Below the pieces are notes generated by a model. It saw nothing but the letters and a program-made list of their open reading frames with translations, did not search any database and was not told the DNA's origin. A DNA stretch of 61,186 nt, counting the filler. It is 9 parts of 9 records of this genome, joined end to end, with 100 filler letters (N's around TTAATTAATTAA, not from the genome) between each part and the next. Parts side by side here need not be neighbours in the genome. Positions count along the whole stretch, not along the records: positions 22,827 to 27,546 come from SRR7504441_2778; positions 27,647 to 35,177 come from SRR7504441_2782; positions 35,278 to 42,855 come from SRR7504441_2783; 6 more parts are not named here. The stretch is one strand, 5' to 3'. Numbering within the stretch: the first letter of the stretch is position 1; every line of letters begins with the position of its first letter. The translations under genes were made by a program, and so were the position numbers. Below are positions 24,375 to 35,696 of the stretch, piece after piece.

Positions 24375-25154
24375 ATGGTGCCCAACCCCTCCGCCCTTTG
24401 GCCTTGATCGCACCGCGCTCGGGCCCGGGCCGATTGGGCCCGGCGGCCGGCCCGGCCAGCGGCTAGCCGGCCCTCCAGCCTAGCAGCCCTCCCCCGCCGG
24501 CCGAGCGCCTGCCCGGCCCTCCAGCCTCCTGGCTTGGCCTGCTGGCCGGCCCCGCTTGAGCTGCCGGCAGGCGAACCCCGAGTACCACGGTCTGTCCACC
24601 CAGCAAGTGACCGAATGCCGCGAGGCCTTTGACCTATTTGACACGGACGCCTCCGGTGCGGCCGGCGGGCTGGGCCGGGGCGTGAGGCCGGGGGACAGGC
24701 AGCATTGACATTAAAGAGCTCAAGGTGGCGATGCGGGCGCTGGGCTTCGAGGTCAAGAAGGACGAGGTTAAGAAGATGGTGGAGGACCTGGACCGGGACG
24801 GCGACGGCACCGTTGATTTCGATGAGTTCCTCCAGATGATGTCAGGAAAGCTGGTGATTAACCTCCCGACCCGCCGGCCTAGAGGATAGAGCGGCGGGCC
24901 GGCGGGGCTGAGCGGGGCGGGGGCAGGGAGACAAGGATGCCCGGGAGCAGCTGTTGGAGGGCTTTGCGTTGTATGACGAGGATGAGACTGGGAAGATCAG
25001 CTTTGACAACTTGAAGCGGGTGGCCCAGGAGCTGGGTGAGGCAATGGGGGACGATGAGATCCAGGAGATGATTGACGAGGCCGACCACGACGGCGATGGC
25101 GAGATCAACGAGGACGAGTTCCTTTCTATTATGAAGGAGGCCGGCATGTGGTAA
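24375..25154 (+). CDS. CETN: Centrin (EF-hand); introns after ATG (24378-24570), near 24656-24698 and near 24854-24926
   Basis: [30 protein letters not shown] and [32 protein letters not shown]. Confidence 0.93.
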
Positions 25155-25580
25155 GCGACCGGTGCCGGTTTTAGGTCTGTACAGCAACTTCATCCGGAAT
25201 CGTGTCTCGTTTGGCTCCTCGTCACCGAGCACATAATTAAACGGTTGGAAATCTAACGCCTCGGTTGTATTGGTGCCACGCTCTCATTATTGTGAAGTGG
25301 CGGCTTCGAGTTCATGACGCACGCAGCTTCGGTGCGTGTTTTGATCGATCAACGCGAATCAAAATACACTCATGGTTTAAAATGCGTTCACCATGGGATA
25401 GTGGGTTTCTGGGGCAAGGGCGGCGCATGTCAGCCTCGCATTCTCTCCTTGACTACGCTTATTTTGTTGATCAATTTTGTTAATAGTCGGCCTCGACTTC
25501 AGGCTGACATTGCCACTTGTGCAACCGCTTTCATCTCGGCCGCCGCAACCTTTCGAGCGATCGACCCGAGCAACGCAACC

Positions 25581-27429
25581 ATGATCAGCGTATTGCCAGT
25601 CGTTCTCGCGGTGCTGGTCGCAGCATCCAACGCTCTGCCCGCCGCCTCGCCCCCCTGCTCCTGCGGGGGCGTCTTCTCCGCGCGGATGCTCTGCTGCGCC
25701 GAGAAGCCCAAGCAGTACAACTGCACCTACGACAACAACCAGGGCACCATGGGCTCCTGCGTGAGCTGCCCCCACGGGGTCGAGACCAAGGCGCCTTTCC
25801 AGTGCATCCAGCCTCCTGCCGGCTGGCTGCGGACGAGCCGGGCCGCGTCGGCGGACCTGGTCGTGCTCCGGCTTGCAATGCGCCAACGGAACCTGCCGGC
25901 GCTTGAGGAGCGGTTCTGGCAGGTCTCGGACCCGCACTCGGGCTCGTACGGCCAGTTCATGAGCCCCGAGCAGATCGGCGCTATGATCGGTGCCGAAGAT
26001 AGCACGCTGGCTGCGCTCGCTGGGTGGGTCCAAGCCCAGGCGTGCGTCATCTCGCACTCGGTGGTGCCCATGCGGGACTACGTGCACCTGCGCATGCCGG
26101 TGGACTGCGCCGAGCGGATCTTCGGGGCCGAACTGCACCAGTATCAGTCGGCACGGCACCCGGACCAGCGGTTGATCCGAGCTGAAAGTTACAAGCTGCC
26201 TACCGAACTTGAGCCGATTGTGGCCCACGTGCACGGGCTCTCCGACTTCCCGGCGACCAACGGACGAGCGCAGCTGCGCCGTGTCTCTGGCGAGCCGGGC
26301 GATTTGATGACTCCGACGGTGATCGCCAAGCAATATGGAATTGAGAGCTCCGGCGGACACCAAGGCTCGCTGGCTTTGGCTGAGTTTGAGGACTCGGCGT
26401 TCTTCCCTTCGGACATTCAGATGTTTCTGAAAAACTTCTCGCTGCCGACAGACAACATCACCAAGATTGTCGGATTTGACGACACCTTTGACGGATACCT
26501 GGCAGAGACCTCGCTGGACGTTCAGTACGCTATGGGACTAGCCGGCCCCGGGATCGACGCCTGGGTCTGGCTGCTCGGGCCGTTCGATCTCACCGCCTGG
26601 GTCCTCAACGTTACAGGCACCCCCAATGCGCCCAAAGTGCAGTCCATCTCGTATGGCTCGCCGGAGAGCGCTTTCAAATCGGCCGACATGGCACGGGATA
26701 ATGTCGAGTTCCAAAAGATGGGCCTCATGGGCTACTCGGTCTTGGTGGCCTCCGGAGACAACGGCCCGGGCAAGAACGGACTCTTCCGTTGCAAGTCGTT
26801 CAACCCGAACTTCCCGGCCAGCTCGCCTTTCGTGACCGCTGTGGGAGGGACCTCTCTTACTGGCGCAGCGGAGACTGGCTGGGTGAGCAGTGGCGGGGGG
26901 TTCTCAAACTCCTTCCCGTCGCCAGATTACCAGAAGCAAGCTGTGGCTAGCTACCTCTCCTCCGCCACGCTGCCAGACGCCGGGCTGTTCAACAGATCTG
27001 GCCGCGCTATCCCGGACGTGGCTGCAGTGGCCACCAACTTCAGGGTGATCATGCAGGGCTTCTGGGACAACCAGTGCTCCGGCACCTCGGCCGCGGCCCC
27101 GGTCTGGGCGGCGGTGCTCGCGCTGATCAACGACAAACGGCTTGCTGCTGGGAAGAAAACACTCGGCTTTGTACGTGGCTGGCAAGCCAACGCTGAGCGC
27201 TGGGGCAGGTCAATCCGGCGCTTTATCAGGCAGGCGCCGCAGGAGTCGGAACTGATATCACCTCCGGCGAGAACAAGGCCGGTGGGTGCAAGCAAGGCTT
27301 CGCTGCGACCAAAGGCTGGGACCCGGTGGGCTGATTAGCCCGGTGCAGGCTCAGGGTGGGCAGGTCACCGGGTTGGGAACTCCGAACTTTGCAACACTTG
27401 TCAAGACGCTTGCGGACGAATTGGCCTAG
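25581..27429 (+). CDS. TPP1: Sedolisin / tripeptidyl-peptidase I-like serine carboxyl protease (S53) with prodomain; two 38-nt introns near the 3' end
   Basis: Signal peptide, prodomain VSDPHSGSYGQFM, catalytic ETSLD, ASGD and SGTSAAAP. After splicing it reads GF|VNPALY and GWDP|VTGLGTP. Confidence 0.92.
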
Positions 27430-27546
27430 AGACAGCATTCTGGCACCCTCGCCTATCGAGCAGTAGTTGTGCATTCCATCTTGTCCGCGTGATCCTGGTT
27501 AGCTGAGCGCGGTTCCGGACGTTACTAGGACGTTACTAGGACGTTA

Positions 27547-27646
27547 NNNNNNNNNNNNNNNNNNNNNNNNNNNNNNNNNNNNNNNNNNNNTTAATTAATT
27601 AANNNNNNNNNNNNNNNNNNNNNNNNNNNNNNNNNNNNNNNNNNNN
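27547..27646. other. Artificial contig linker
   Basis: N-TTAATTAATTAA-N spacer. Confidence 0.98.
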
Positions 27647-28167
27647 CGTCAGCTGTGCTGCCTCTGGATGCTGAGCCCGAAGACATGAATGGATTATGCG
27701 AATGCGCCGAGAACGCCCCTATGACGTCCTCTATTGAGGATGGCGATGTATACTTACAGAATCGCGTGCTGCCAAAGCTTGAAGAATATCACAGCTCAGT
27801 GGCAATATTACAAAAACAATACGTCCTGTATAAGACAGCAACGTACGTCATTGGCGCAGCCGGATCTGTCCTTGCTCTACTAGACTTGCAGACCTGGGTT
27901 GCTGTGACCACTGGTCTTGTGATAGCGCTTGCCTCATGGGATGCTGCTGCACCTGTTGAGGAAAGATTGAGTAGCGCGCAGGCCTCTGCACGTGCCCTCT
28001 CAGCAATTGCAACAAGGTGGGAGGTGACACCGGGTGAGAGGCGCTCCGTACAGCAAGTTCGTGACATGCTTGTTGAATGCACCGAATCTGCTATCATGGC
28101 TTCAGTTGTACAGCCTCGGCAGAATCTCCAGAAGGTTGGCCACTCAGCACAACCAACAAGTTTATGA
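27647..28167 (+). CDS. C-terminal SLATT/DUF4231-like two-TM domain (5'-partial)
   Basis: YLQNRV..helix, a TM pair (YVIGAAGSVLALL / WVAVTTGLVIALASW), then a helical tail ending MLVECTESAI. Confidence 0.6.
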
Positions 28168-28325
28168 CAAAGAGATTTAATTAATTGATGTTTCATGAAT
28201 GCCGTGACAATTGATTACAAAAAGACCACATGTCGCTAGCCCTCAGGACCACACCCCTACTAATAATAATAACTCGGCGCCGTTACTTGTAATATCCACC
28301 CATAGTGCTTGTGCTGATATGTGTT

Positions 28326-29444
28326 TCAATAGTCGCCTGTCTCGAATTCTTCCCCTTCGATCTCCCGATCGTCAAATTGCGGCGGTGTGGGCTCGTTATA
28401 AAACTCCCACAGCTCTTGGTGCACATTCGTGTTCATCGCATCAAACACTAGCAGTCCAGTAAAGTGCGCAGCCACGCCTCCAGCTATGCCTTCAAGCAAT
28501 TTGTACCGGTCTGGCCTAGGTCTTGGGTAGGAGTGGCGTCGCCCCATGAGAAATCTGGGCGCCACCCGAACCTGTGGCTCTGCATCAGACTGTTGTGGGA
28601 ACATGGGCGCCCATCGGTGCAACAGCTGATAGAACCGGCTGTTCTGCTCCTCGGAAACTTGCATGTGCCGCCACTGGGTCCCTTGAGGCTTATGGCAGCC
28701 AAATGCTCGCACCACAACTCTCATCGTCTGCTCCAACCAGGACTGTAGCGGCGTAGGCAACCGGATCATCGGGCAAAGCAGAAAGTCTGCTATACAGTCA
28801 AGCAGGTCGGCCAGCAGGCTACGGGCGAGCAGCTGGTGCCCAGTGTCCCAGGTCCCCGGGTTGGCCTCCCGCTCATGCGAGCACCCGTTCAGGTAAGGGC
28901 TAAAGTACAGCCGAAGCCAGCCAACCTCGCGCGGGCTGCATTCGAAAATTCCCACGTTCCACCAGAGCACGAAGAGTTCGGCCAGCCGCAGCGCCAGCTC
29001 GAGCTCCGTGGTAGCGCCCGATCCCAGCCCAGCCCAGCCGTCGCGCCACTGCTCCAGCGTGCCGCAAGCCATCGGCTGCTTGGCCCACTCCAGAAGCCTC
29101 GCGCGCGAGCACAGCTCCGGGTGCCGCGCCGCCCCGACCGGCAGCACCCCCACACAGACGCGCTGCCACCACTCGGCTGAGGCGGCCGAGCGCAGCCAGA
29201 CCCGCACGGCAGCCGACCATGATCGCTGGGTCAGGGCAAGCGCGTGGAGATGGAGTGGGTCGAGCGAGCTGCCGTCCAGCGCGAAGGTGAGCACGTGACA
29301 GCTCGGGTCGTCGAGCTCCGCCGCCAGCTTCGGTTCGGCCGACAGCACGGCCACCAGCGACTGCCGACGGGCGTCGATCACACCATCGACGGGCCCAATC
29401 GTCGAGATCGCCGTGTCCGGCTTGGTCAGAAGGCTCAGCCGCAT
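28326..29444 (-). CDS. Hypothetical protein (~370 aa)
   Basis: Long ORF with protein-like composition. No family recognised. Confidence 0.6.
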   Translation of the reverse strand: MRLSLLTKPDTAISTIGPVDGVIDARRQSLVAVLSAEPKLAAELDDPSCHVLTFALDGSSLDPLHLHALALTQRSWSAAVRVWLRSAASAEWWQRVCVGVLPVGAARHPELCSRARLLEWAKQPMACGTLEQWRDGWAGLGSGATTELELALRLAELFVLWWNVGIFECSPREVGWLRLYFSPYLNGCSHEREANPGTWDTGHQLLARSLLADLLDCIADFLLCPMIRLPTPLQSWLEQTMRVVVRAFGCHKPQGTQWRHMQVSEEQNSRFYQLLHRWAPMFPQQSDAEPQVRVAPRFLMGRRHSYPRPRPDRYKLLEGIAGGVAAHFTGLLVFDAMNTNVHQELWEFYNEPTPPQFDDREIEGEEFETGDY

Positions 29445-29496
29445 GATCACCTAAAAGTCCGTTGTATTCCCGAAACAGGTCACCGCGTGCAACTTG

Positions 29497-31441
29497 ATGG
29501 GTTGTGGCTCGTCGGCTCAGCCGGCCCCTGAATCGTCGCCGCCGCCGCCACCGCCGCGAGCTACCAGCCCGCCTGACACGGTTAGCGACGAGCAGAGCGC
29601 CGGTCCTTCCGGGGAGTGGTTCAATCGGCAGCAGCAATCCTGGAACCGTCCCACCCACAGTCTCGGGTCCGAGCAGGACGGTGGTGAGCTGCGCTTGGGC
29701 CGGGGGCTGAGATGGAGCCAGGTGAGATCGAAGTGCCCCCGACCCTGCTGGACATCTGGAACGACGATCCCAACGGGCTCGGTGCGCCTGCTCCCTTGGG
29801 TGTGCCGCTCCTCAGTGTGGCTCAGACGTGGTAGACATTGACGCCCCGCGCAAGAATGTGCGATGGACAAAGCAAGAGCTGCTGGGCGTCGGGGCATTCG
29901 GGCACGTGTATAAGGTGCGGCTGCTGGTAGCAGAAACAGGCTCACTGCGGCGGGCAGGGCAAGCTACCTGGCACAGCGAAGTCGGAGGGCAGGACAGTGG
30001 CAGTGAAGGAACTGCGATTCTCTAAAACTACTCCGCTGCAGGTGGCTGCCGGCCGGGCCGGGGCTCACATTGTCCACGCGGCTGTAGCAAATTAAGGCTG
30101 TGGAGTCTGAGATTCGAATTGCAAAGGTTTGGGCCATAGCGACTGGCGGGCCATCTCTGGTTTGCAGGAACTCTCACACCCCAACATCGTGCAGCAGCTA
30201 GACACAGACTTTGTTCCTAGTTCAAACACCGTGTTGATATTCCTAGAGTACGTGCCCTTTGGCACAATCACTTCATTAGTTGCCCGGTACGTACCAGCCC
30301 ACGGACAAGAGGGACACATGACCGGAGCTGCAGGGATGGGCCTATCAAGGAGGTAAAGGCGAGGCGCTACACGCGGGACATTCTTGCCGGGCTCTTCTAC
30401 CTCCATGAGCAGGGGATAATCCATCGAGGTGTCTGCGCAGCTCGAGCGCTCTGACTCTGTGCTACCGTAGACATTAAGGGCGCCAACTGCCTCATTGCCA
30501 AGTGAGCAGCCAGCTTGCCCACTCCCATTAATCATGATTTGTGTTGCAGCGGAGATTCTGTGAAGGTGTTGGTCTGTGCATTAGGCGGGCCTAGTGTTTG
30601 TGTACAGCTTGCAGATTTTGGCACAGCGGCACAGAGCAAGTTTCGAAGCAAGGCATTTCATAAGGCATCGGGTAGTGTTCGCTTTCTCCACAGTTCCTGA
30701 GAATGTTGGTGTGCCAGACCTGGCCACAATGGCGCCTCCTCCAGGATTCAATCCACTCCCTGCAAGTGCTGAGCACAAGGTGCCTAGCTTGTTTCTTTGT
30801 CACCTGAACCTTGACTGGTAGGCGCTGAGGGGCACGAGCTATTACATGGCACCAGAAGTGATCAAGGGTGTGGGCTATGGCAGGCCTCCCTCTGATGCTA
30901 CATGGAAATGATTGCTTGTTCTCAGGCGGGCAGACGTATGGTCAACGGCATGTACTGTAGTTGAGATGACTACAGGCCACCCACCGTTTTGGGAAACAAA
31001 GAATCAGGTGCTCTAAGCAGTTTGTGTGCGCAGGGGTTGACATGTGTGTCAGATTGCAGCAATGTACCGCGTAGCTTCAGGGAACGAGCCGGCTCCAGTT
31101 CCAGGTCATTTGTCTTCTGATGGGAAGAATTTCCTACATCTGTGTTTTAAGAGGTCCCTTGCCCGAGGCTTCCAATGTGAAGATTGCCGGGCAGGGATCC
31201 GAACGAACGAGCTACGGTCAAGTACCTTAAAACGCACTCGTGGGTCAATACGAATGATATCATGGCATCGGCAGAGGGTAAGGGCAATCGCAATGGAAGC
31301 CGGCGGGCCCCTCCACCACCTCCGCCAAGGAGTATGGCCAGCCCGAAGTTCATTGCTGGAGCCAGCCCTGCCCGGTCGCCTGTTGTCTCTCCAATTAATA
31401 CGATAATGGGCGGCTTCGCGATGCCGCCGATTGCAGAATGA
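29497..31441 (+). CDS. MAP kinase kinase kinase (STE11/NPK1-like) with N-terminal MGCGSS acylation motif; about 14 introns
   Basis: Manual splicing gives [81 protein letters not shown] and RDPNERAT. Confidence 0.92.
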
Positions 31442-31582
31442 GTGCAGAATGAGTCTATGAATAGCGTATGAATAGCGATAGAATAGCGAGTCTCCAAACT
31501 AGATCTGATAGTACATGTAGGTCGTCGACACAATATAACACAATGAGATTGATGCTTAATATCATAATGACAACCCTGACAG

Positions 31583-32809
31583 CTATGTCGAATGCAATTG
31601 GCTCGATGCATCCCATGAGTCTAAGAGCTTCAATGATGGCGTTGAGAGAGTCTGTTCTGGAGGTTCAACAGACTCTCCTAACATTACTGCCTTATCTGGA
31701 GTTGTTGGCTTTTGTGCACTATGCTCCGTTGACTGCGGTGGGCATTGGCTAGCCCTCGAGTCAAGCGCCAGATCCTCGAATGGCGAGGTCGTTGCCCTCA
31801 GTCGCTCCTGCTCTATAGCGTGCTCCTTCTCCAGCTGCTCTCGCCAATCTTGCTCGCTCGCCGAAACCTGCGACCTCACAAACTCGGCCACCTCGGCCGC
31901 CCGTTCAGCCGAAGCGTCCGGCGCCGCCAGCTGCATCAGCAGCTCCGCCACACGCCCGGCCAGCCGGTCGCGGTCTGCCTTAATCGCCTCGAGCTCACCC
32001 GCCAGCTGCTGCTCCCGAGACTCTAGCATTCGGCCCGCCGGAGCAGCCGGCTCGGCTTGCACTGGGTCGGCTTCAGCCTGCCCCTGCGGGGCTGCCTCCG
32101 ATTGGGATGTGCCCGCCGCTGGACCCGCTGTTTGGTGCACCTGGTGCTTGACTGCTCCTCCCAGCTCGGGTGTGAGAGGCTCCCGCGGCGGAGGGGCTGA
32201 CAGCGAGTCCCCTCCGCTGCCTTCAAACGAGGCAGCCACGGTCAGCCCCGTCGCCTCCTGCACCTTCTGTATTACAACCTGCTCCCGCCTGCTCGGCGAC
32301 GTCCCAGGCTCGGCCCGGTCCACTTTAGGTCTCGAGGACTCCGCCAGCCGCGGCACAACGGTGACGCTATCGCCGGCGCCCCAGTCGGGTCCTTCCCCAG
32401 CCGGCGCCGAGCGCTCTAACCAGGCGCTGCCCGGGCCGCCAGCCGCCGCCAGCTGCGCTTCGAGCTGGCGGATCCTTTCCTGGTCGGTCGCCCGGGTTTT
32501 CTCCAGCCAGGCGAGTCTCTGCTCCAGCCCGGCCCGCTCCTCGGCCCAGCTGTCAGCCGGGGACACAGTCCGGCTGCAGGCGGCCAGGTCGGCCAGGTGG
32601 TTTTGCCGGATGAGCTCAAGGACCCCCCGCCCGAGCTGGTGCCGCTCCTGCAGCCGGGCCAGCCCGGCACCCACCCCGGCCCCAGGCTGCTGCGTCAGCT
32701 CGATCTTGCGCATGGCCGCCGCGTGCGCCCGGTCGATCGCCGCAGCCTGCTCCAGGAAGCGCTCCCACGGCTGCACCGCAGCCGGGGCAGCGGCAGCCTG
32801 CTCCTCCAT
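31583..32809 (-). CDS. Hypothetical coiled-coil protein
   Basis: 408-aa ORF with E/Q/A/R heptads. Confidence 0.6.
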   Translation of the reverse strand: MEEQAAAAPAAVQPWERFLEQAAAIDRAHAAAMRKIELTQQPGAGVGAGLARLQERHQLGRGVLELIRQNHLADLAACSRTVSPADSWAEERAGLEQRLAWLEKTRATDQERIRQLEAQLAAAGGPGSAWLERSAPAGEGPDWGAGDSVTVVPRLAESSRPKVDRAEPGTSPSRREQVVIQKVQEATGLTVAASFEGSGGDSLSAPPPREPLTPELGGAVKHQVHQTAGPAAGTSQSEAAPQGQAEADPVQAEPAAPAGRMLESREQQLAGELEAIKADRDRLAGRVAELLMQLAAPDASAERAAEVAEFVRSQVSASEQDWREQLEKEHAIEQERLRATTSPFEDLALDSRASQCPPQSTEHSAQKPTTPDKAVMLGESVEPPEQTLSTPSLKLLDSWDASSQLHST

Positions 32810-32902
32810 CAGTCCTCCATCTCAGCCCACAACGGCGCTGCAGCTGGCGCGACTGGTGACAGCCGGTGGCACGGAGATAAGAGCTTGATCCGCCTCTGAG
32901 TC

Positions 32903-33436
32903 ATGTCCGACGCCAACAGAGCCTGGCTGTTCGACGCCTGCCTCAAGGCGCCTCCGCCGGCGGCCGCCCCGGCCGAGCCCCGGCCGCAGGGGCAGGTGGA
33001 GCAGATAGAAGCCATCCACAACCGCGGGATCCCTCTCTCGCTCCGGGGCGACTATGGTGAGACCGGGGCGCACGTCTGCGCCGGGAAGGGACACCTGGCG
33101 GGCCTCGAGTTCATCCATTCGGTCGAGCCAGAATGGTACCGGGCCGGGGGGGCGCTGGGCTGAGCGGCGGGCAGCCTGGAGTGGGTGGACGCTAACGAGA
33201 AGAGCATTTGCCACTACGCCGCGCGGAACATGCACATGGAGACCGTCGAGTGGATCGTCTCGCACCACCCGGAGGCCAACAGCGCGCGGGACTACAAGGG
33301 CCGCACCCCGGCCGACCTGTGCAGGGAAGTCAACCCGCCCGACTGCGATGTAATCTATTTCCTTGTCAACGGAGTCAAAAAGCCGCCGCCGGCCCCAGCG
33401 CCCGCCCCGGCCCCGGCGGTCTACCACTCGAGCTAG
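32903..33436 (+). CDS. Small ankyrin-repeat protein; intron 33136-33174
   Basis: GETGAHVCAGKGHL, EKSICHYAARNMH and ARDYKGRTPADL. Confidence 0.8.
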
Positions 33437-33561
33437 ACGCGCAACCTTCTTAGAGCACATTAGAGCTTTACTGACTGACCGACTCAGTCAGTGGCCAGCT
33501 AAACTAATCAGCTGAGCAGTGCTACTCGTACGTATGAGTCATCTTGATTCACTATATATTA

Positions 33562-35079
33562 TCACGCCTCGCGCGGGCACTCGCTAACCGATTGGACCGG
33601 CTCGGTCCACCTTCCATCATCGGGTGAGTATTGCAACTGATAGACTGCCTCGGTGCCGTCAGCCGGAGCTTGCAGCACCAATGGCGGCTCGCGGTAATGC
33701 GACCGGAACATCAGCGTGACCCCGGTGCACTCGGCCTCTGACTGGCTATCCGGCGCTTTGTGCTCGAGCATGGCGCCCTCCCGGCTGCCGGCGTTGAACC
33801 GTAGAGCGTTGTCAGGCGTTGCCAGCAGCTCGTCACAGAGATCGCCGATGTCGGGCGACACCACAAAGCGTGAACCGTCGGAGAGCTGGACCAGCGCTCG
33901 GCCGTCCTCGTTCTCCCACGGCCACTGGCATACCAAAGCTTTCTCGCCCGGCTGCGGCAGCCGCTTGTCGGTCTTGGGTCCTTTGGCGTCTTGATTGAAC
34001 TGTATTGTCCCCCGGACCAGGTCAGCCCCCGGGCCGTACTGGACTTGCACGTTCCAGAGCAGGTCGTTCGGTGTGCCGTCTGGGTCCACTCCGCGCACTG
34101 AGAGCTGCCCGCCGGCCCTGGCCAGGCAGACGGTGCGATTGAGCTTGAAAGGCGGGATCTCCAGCCCGAGCGATTCCATCAGCGGGATCATCACCTGGTC
34201 GATGGTGCACCCAATCCGGAGCGCGGCGTGCTGGTCGGCTGCAGTCTTCTGAAGGTTGACCACCACTAAAGTCCGGCCAGATTCTCCCACCGAGATCGGC
34301 ATGTCACAGGCTGGACTAACAGAGCACCGAGAGCCGAGCACGATGCACAGCTCGGCCTGGTCGGCAAGCTCATACCCGCGCTTGATGTGCACCGCTGGCA
34401 GGTTGTCGCCGAAGTCGATCGTCGAGTCGAAAAGGTATCCGCAGCACCCAGGCTGCTGGCATCTCCGCCCGGTGTAGTGGTTGCCTTTGCGTGGATTGAT
34501 CAGCTCGAGTTTTGAGTGCTCCCCCCAGAGCTGACGCCGGAGCGTCTGACCCCGGGTGTGCCGGCCGGTGCTCGCTCGGAAATCGCGCATGTACTCCCGC
34601 CCGCACCAGCCGCAGTACTCGAGGTTGGTATTCCCGTGCAGCTCAGCCAGCTTCTGGGCTGGGAACCCGCTCCGGCGGTGCAGCCCGTCGCAATTCTGGC
34701 TGATCAGCCCGTGCAGCAGCCCCGAGCGCTCGAGTTGGACCAGCGCCATGTGGCTGGCCGTCGGGATGGCCTGGAGGCATGATGTGGTCTTGGCCCGGCG
34801 AGTCCGCTCTCTGAGCTCCTCCTGCGAGCTCCACTGGCCGCGGGTGGCGTCGCTGCACCACTTGCCGGCCGGCATTCCAGTCACGCTGCCCAGACCGGAC
34901 CGGAAGTCCGGGATCCCGGCCGAGGTGCTGATCCCGGCGCCTGTGAAGACCACGATCCGGCCGGCGTGGGCCCGGCACAGCTCAGCCAGCTGGGCCACCT
35001 TGCGGGCGCGCTCCTCCGGCGGATCGATGTGCTCCGTGTACTCGGAGTTGTTCTTGTCTGGCGCTACAGTGTTGGACAT
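33562..35079 (-). CDS. Class IV sirtuin (SIRT6/7-like NAD-dependent deacylase)
   Basis: FTGAGISTSAGIPDFRS, SQNCDGLHRRSG, AELHGN, Zn CxxC pairs, DSTIDFG and VNLQKT. Confidence 0.93.
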   Translation of the reverse strand: MSNTVAPDKNNSEYTEHIDPPEERARKVAQLAELCRAHAGRIVVFTGAGISTSAGIPDFRSGLGSVTGMPAGKWCSDATRGQWSSQEELRERTRRAKTTSCLQAIPTASHMALVQLERSGLLHGLISQNCDGLHRRSGFPAQKLAELHGNTNLEYCGWCGREYMRDFRASTGRHTRGQTLRRQLWGEHSKLELINPRKGNHYTGRRCQQPGCCGYLFDSTIDFGDNLPAVHIKRGYELADQAELCIVLGSRCSVSPACDMPISVGESGRTLVVVNLQKTAADQHAALRIGCTIDQVMIPLMESLGLEIPPFKLNRTVCLARAGGQLSVRGVDPDGTPNDLLWNVQVQYGPGADLVRGTIQFNQDAKGPKTDKRLPQPGEKALVCQWPWENEDGRALVQLSDGSRFVVSPDIGDLCDELLATPDNALRFNAGSREGAMLEHKAPDSQSEAECTGVTLMFRSHYREPPLVLQAPADGTEAVYQLQYSPDDGRWTEPVQSVSECPREA

Positions 35080-35177
35080 GTCTGTCGTCTGTTCTGCCCG
35101 CCGGTTCCCTCCAGGCAGCCTCCACAGCCTGCAGCTGGTTGGTTCATCAACGGAATCGTTACAAATGGCTTCAAAGC

Positions 35178-35277
35178 NNNNNNNNNNNNNNNNNNNNNNN
35201 NNNNNNNNNNNNNNNNNNNNNTTAATTAATTAANNNNNNNNNNNNNNNNNNNNNNNNNNNNNNNNNNNNNNNNNNNN
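35178..35277. other. Artificial contig linker
   Basis: N-TTAATTAATTAA-N spacer. Confidence 0.98.
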
Positions 35278-35696
35278 TTCGGAATACATGAACATAGACA
35301 TCTAACACGCGGGCCTTCTGTCAATCAACACTGGGCGGCTCTTGTGAATGACGCTTGCCACGGCGTGTGTCCACTTGAGCAGAGGAACGACTTGACCGGA
35401 TGTCCGTTCTAATGTCCGACTCCATAGGTAAGCACCTTGTCCGACTTGAGCGGATGGCAAAGCTTGTCGATCTCGAGCTCAATGAGGTATGCGGACCTTG
35501 AGGACCCTGGCCAGAGCCGTTCTACGGTAGCGCCCCTTTCGCGTACTCTTGCGTAAAGGGCGGAGGGTATTTAAATACGCTGAATCCAATCCAAGAATTA
35601 GTACGATCTAAAGTTCCTATTTATATTAACTGTTACAGTGATTCACGCTAATTACGTGTTGCATGATTGTACGTACTAGTAGCTTGTTGTCGTAAA

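Noticed and set aside
27517-27546. Telomeric repeat at a contig end
   Set aside because: There are only 2.7 copies of an 11-mer not seen at other ends. It fits the 11-bp duplication class.
27647-35079. SLATT-like gene plus sirtuin as a Thoeris-like defence cluster
   Set aside because: The sirtuin is an ordinary class IV eukaryotic type, separated from it by four unrelated genes.
35530-35580. Hairpin/palindrome as ncRNA or terminator
   Set aside because: The stem is imperfect and has no snRNA/snoRNA motifs. The region is more simply the last exon of a gene truncated at 35278.
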